Of a stretch of DNA of 64,000 nucleotides, positions 63,691-64,000 are shown in pieces. Where the stretch lies: NCBI GenBank assembly GCA_030390025.1, contig CM059431.1:114640001-114704000 (forward strand). Direction: 5' to 3'. Under the pieces are notes generated by a model. That model searched no databases. It had not been told where the DNA came from and worked only from the letters and a program-made list of their open reading frames with translations. Numbering within the stretch: the stretch's first letter is position 1; each line of letters begins with the position of its first letter. The stretch comes from Squalus acanthias (taxonomy: Eukaryota). A program made the translations under genes and the position numbers.

Positions 63691-63929
63691 ATGGTGTGAA
63701 ACATGACAGTTATACTTTACTAAATATAAACAAACAAAATGCAGTCACAGCAAAAACATTGCTGGTGTAGTGACTGTTAACAGTACATATGTATCAGCAT
63801 TATGCTTTTCTTCAAAATCAAATTAAAAGGACCATTATCTCCATAAACAAACTTCCCATTTTGGAGGGAAGGCGGCGATAGCTTTGCCCTTATTGATTTG
63901 CTTTCTACACAATAGCACTGTCTAAGTGT

Positions 63930-64000
63930 CTTCTTAGGCAGTCCCTCGGAACCGAAGATGACTTGCTTCCACATTAAAAATGAGTTGTCAGGTGACTGAT
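63930..64000 (-). mobile_element. RTE LINE 3' terminus (runs off window)
   Basis: cttcttaggcagtccctcgg...gatgacttgcttccac, as at 59008-59075. Confidence 0.8.

Overview
Eukaryotic, repeat-dense, apparently intronic or intergenic DNA, most likely from a cartilaginous fish (shark). This is inferred from SacSINE1-like DeuSINEs, an HE1-like V-SINE, HER1/CR1 LINEs and shark-type Penelope termini. No host protein-coding exon could be supported. Main contents: (1) a young, internally deleted Ty3/Gypsy LTR retrotransposon with CsRn1/Kabuki-clade hallmarks (19279-24023; ATAC TSD, tRNA-Trp PBS, CHCC Gag motif); (2) several decayed PIF/Harbinger transposons (Myb/SANT plus HARBI1 remnants) and many derived MITEs, one holding a 54x25-bp minisatellite; (3) an old Gmr1-like Gypsy element (PR-IN-RT order); (4) RTE, CR1, L2 and Penelope fragments. 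The most unusual observations are tiny fold-back Penelope-derived insertions built around minimal hammerhead-ribozyme motifs, two Harbinger-family insertions at mirror-image sites in one such palindrome, and locally templated or fold-back insertions. All calls come from reading the sequence by eye; family names rest on recalled motifs, not database searches.
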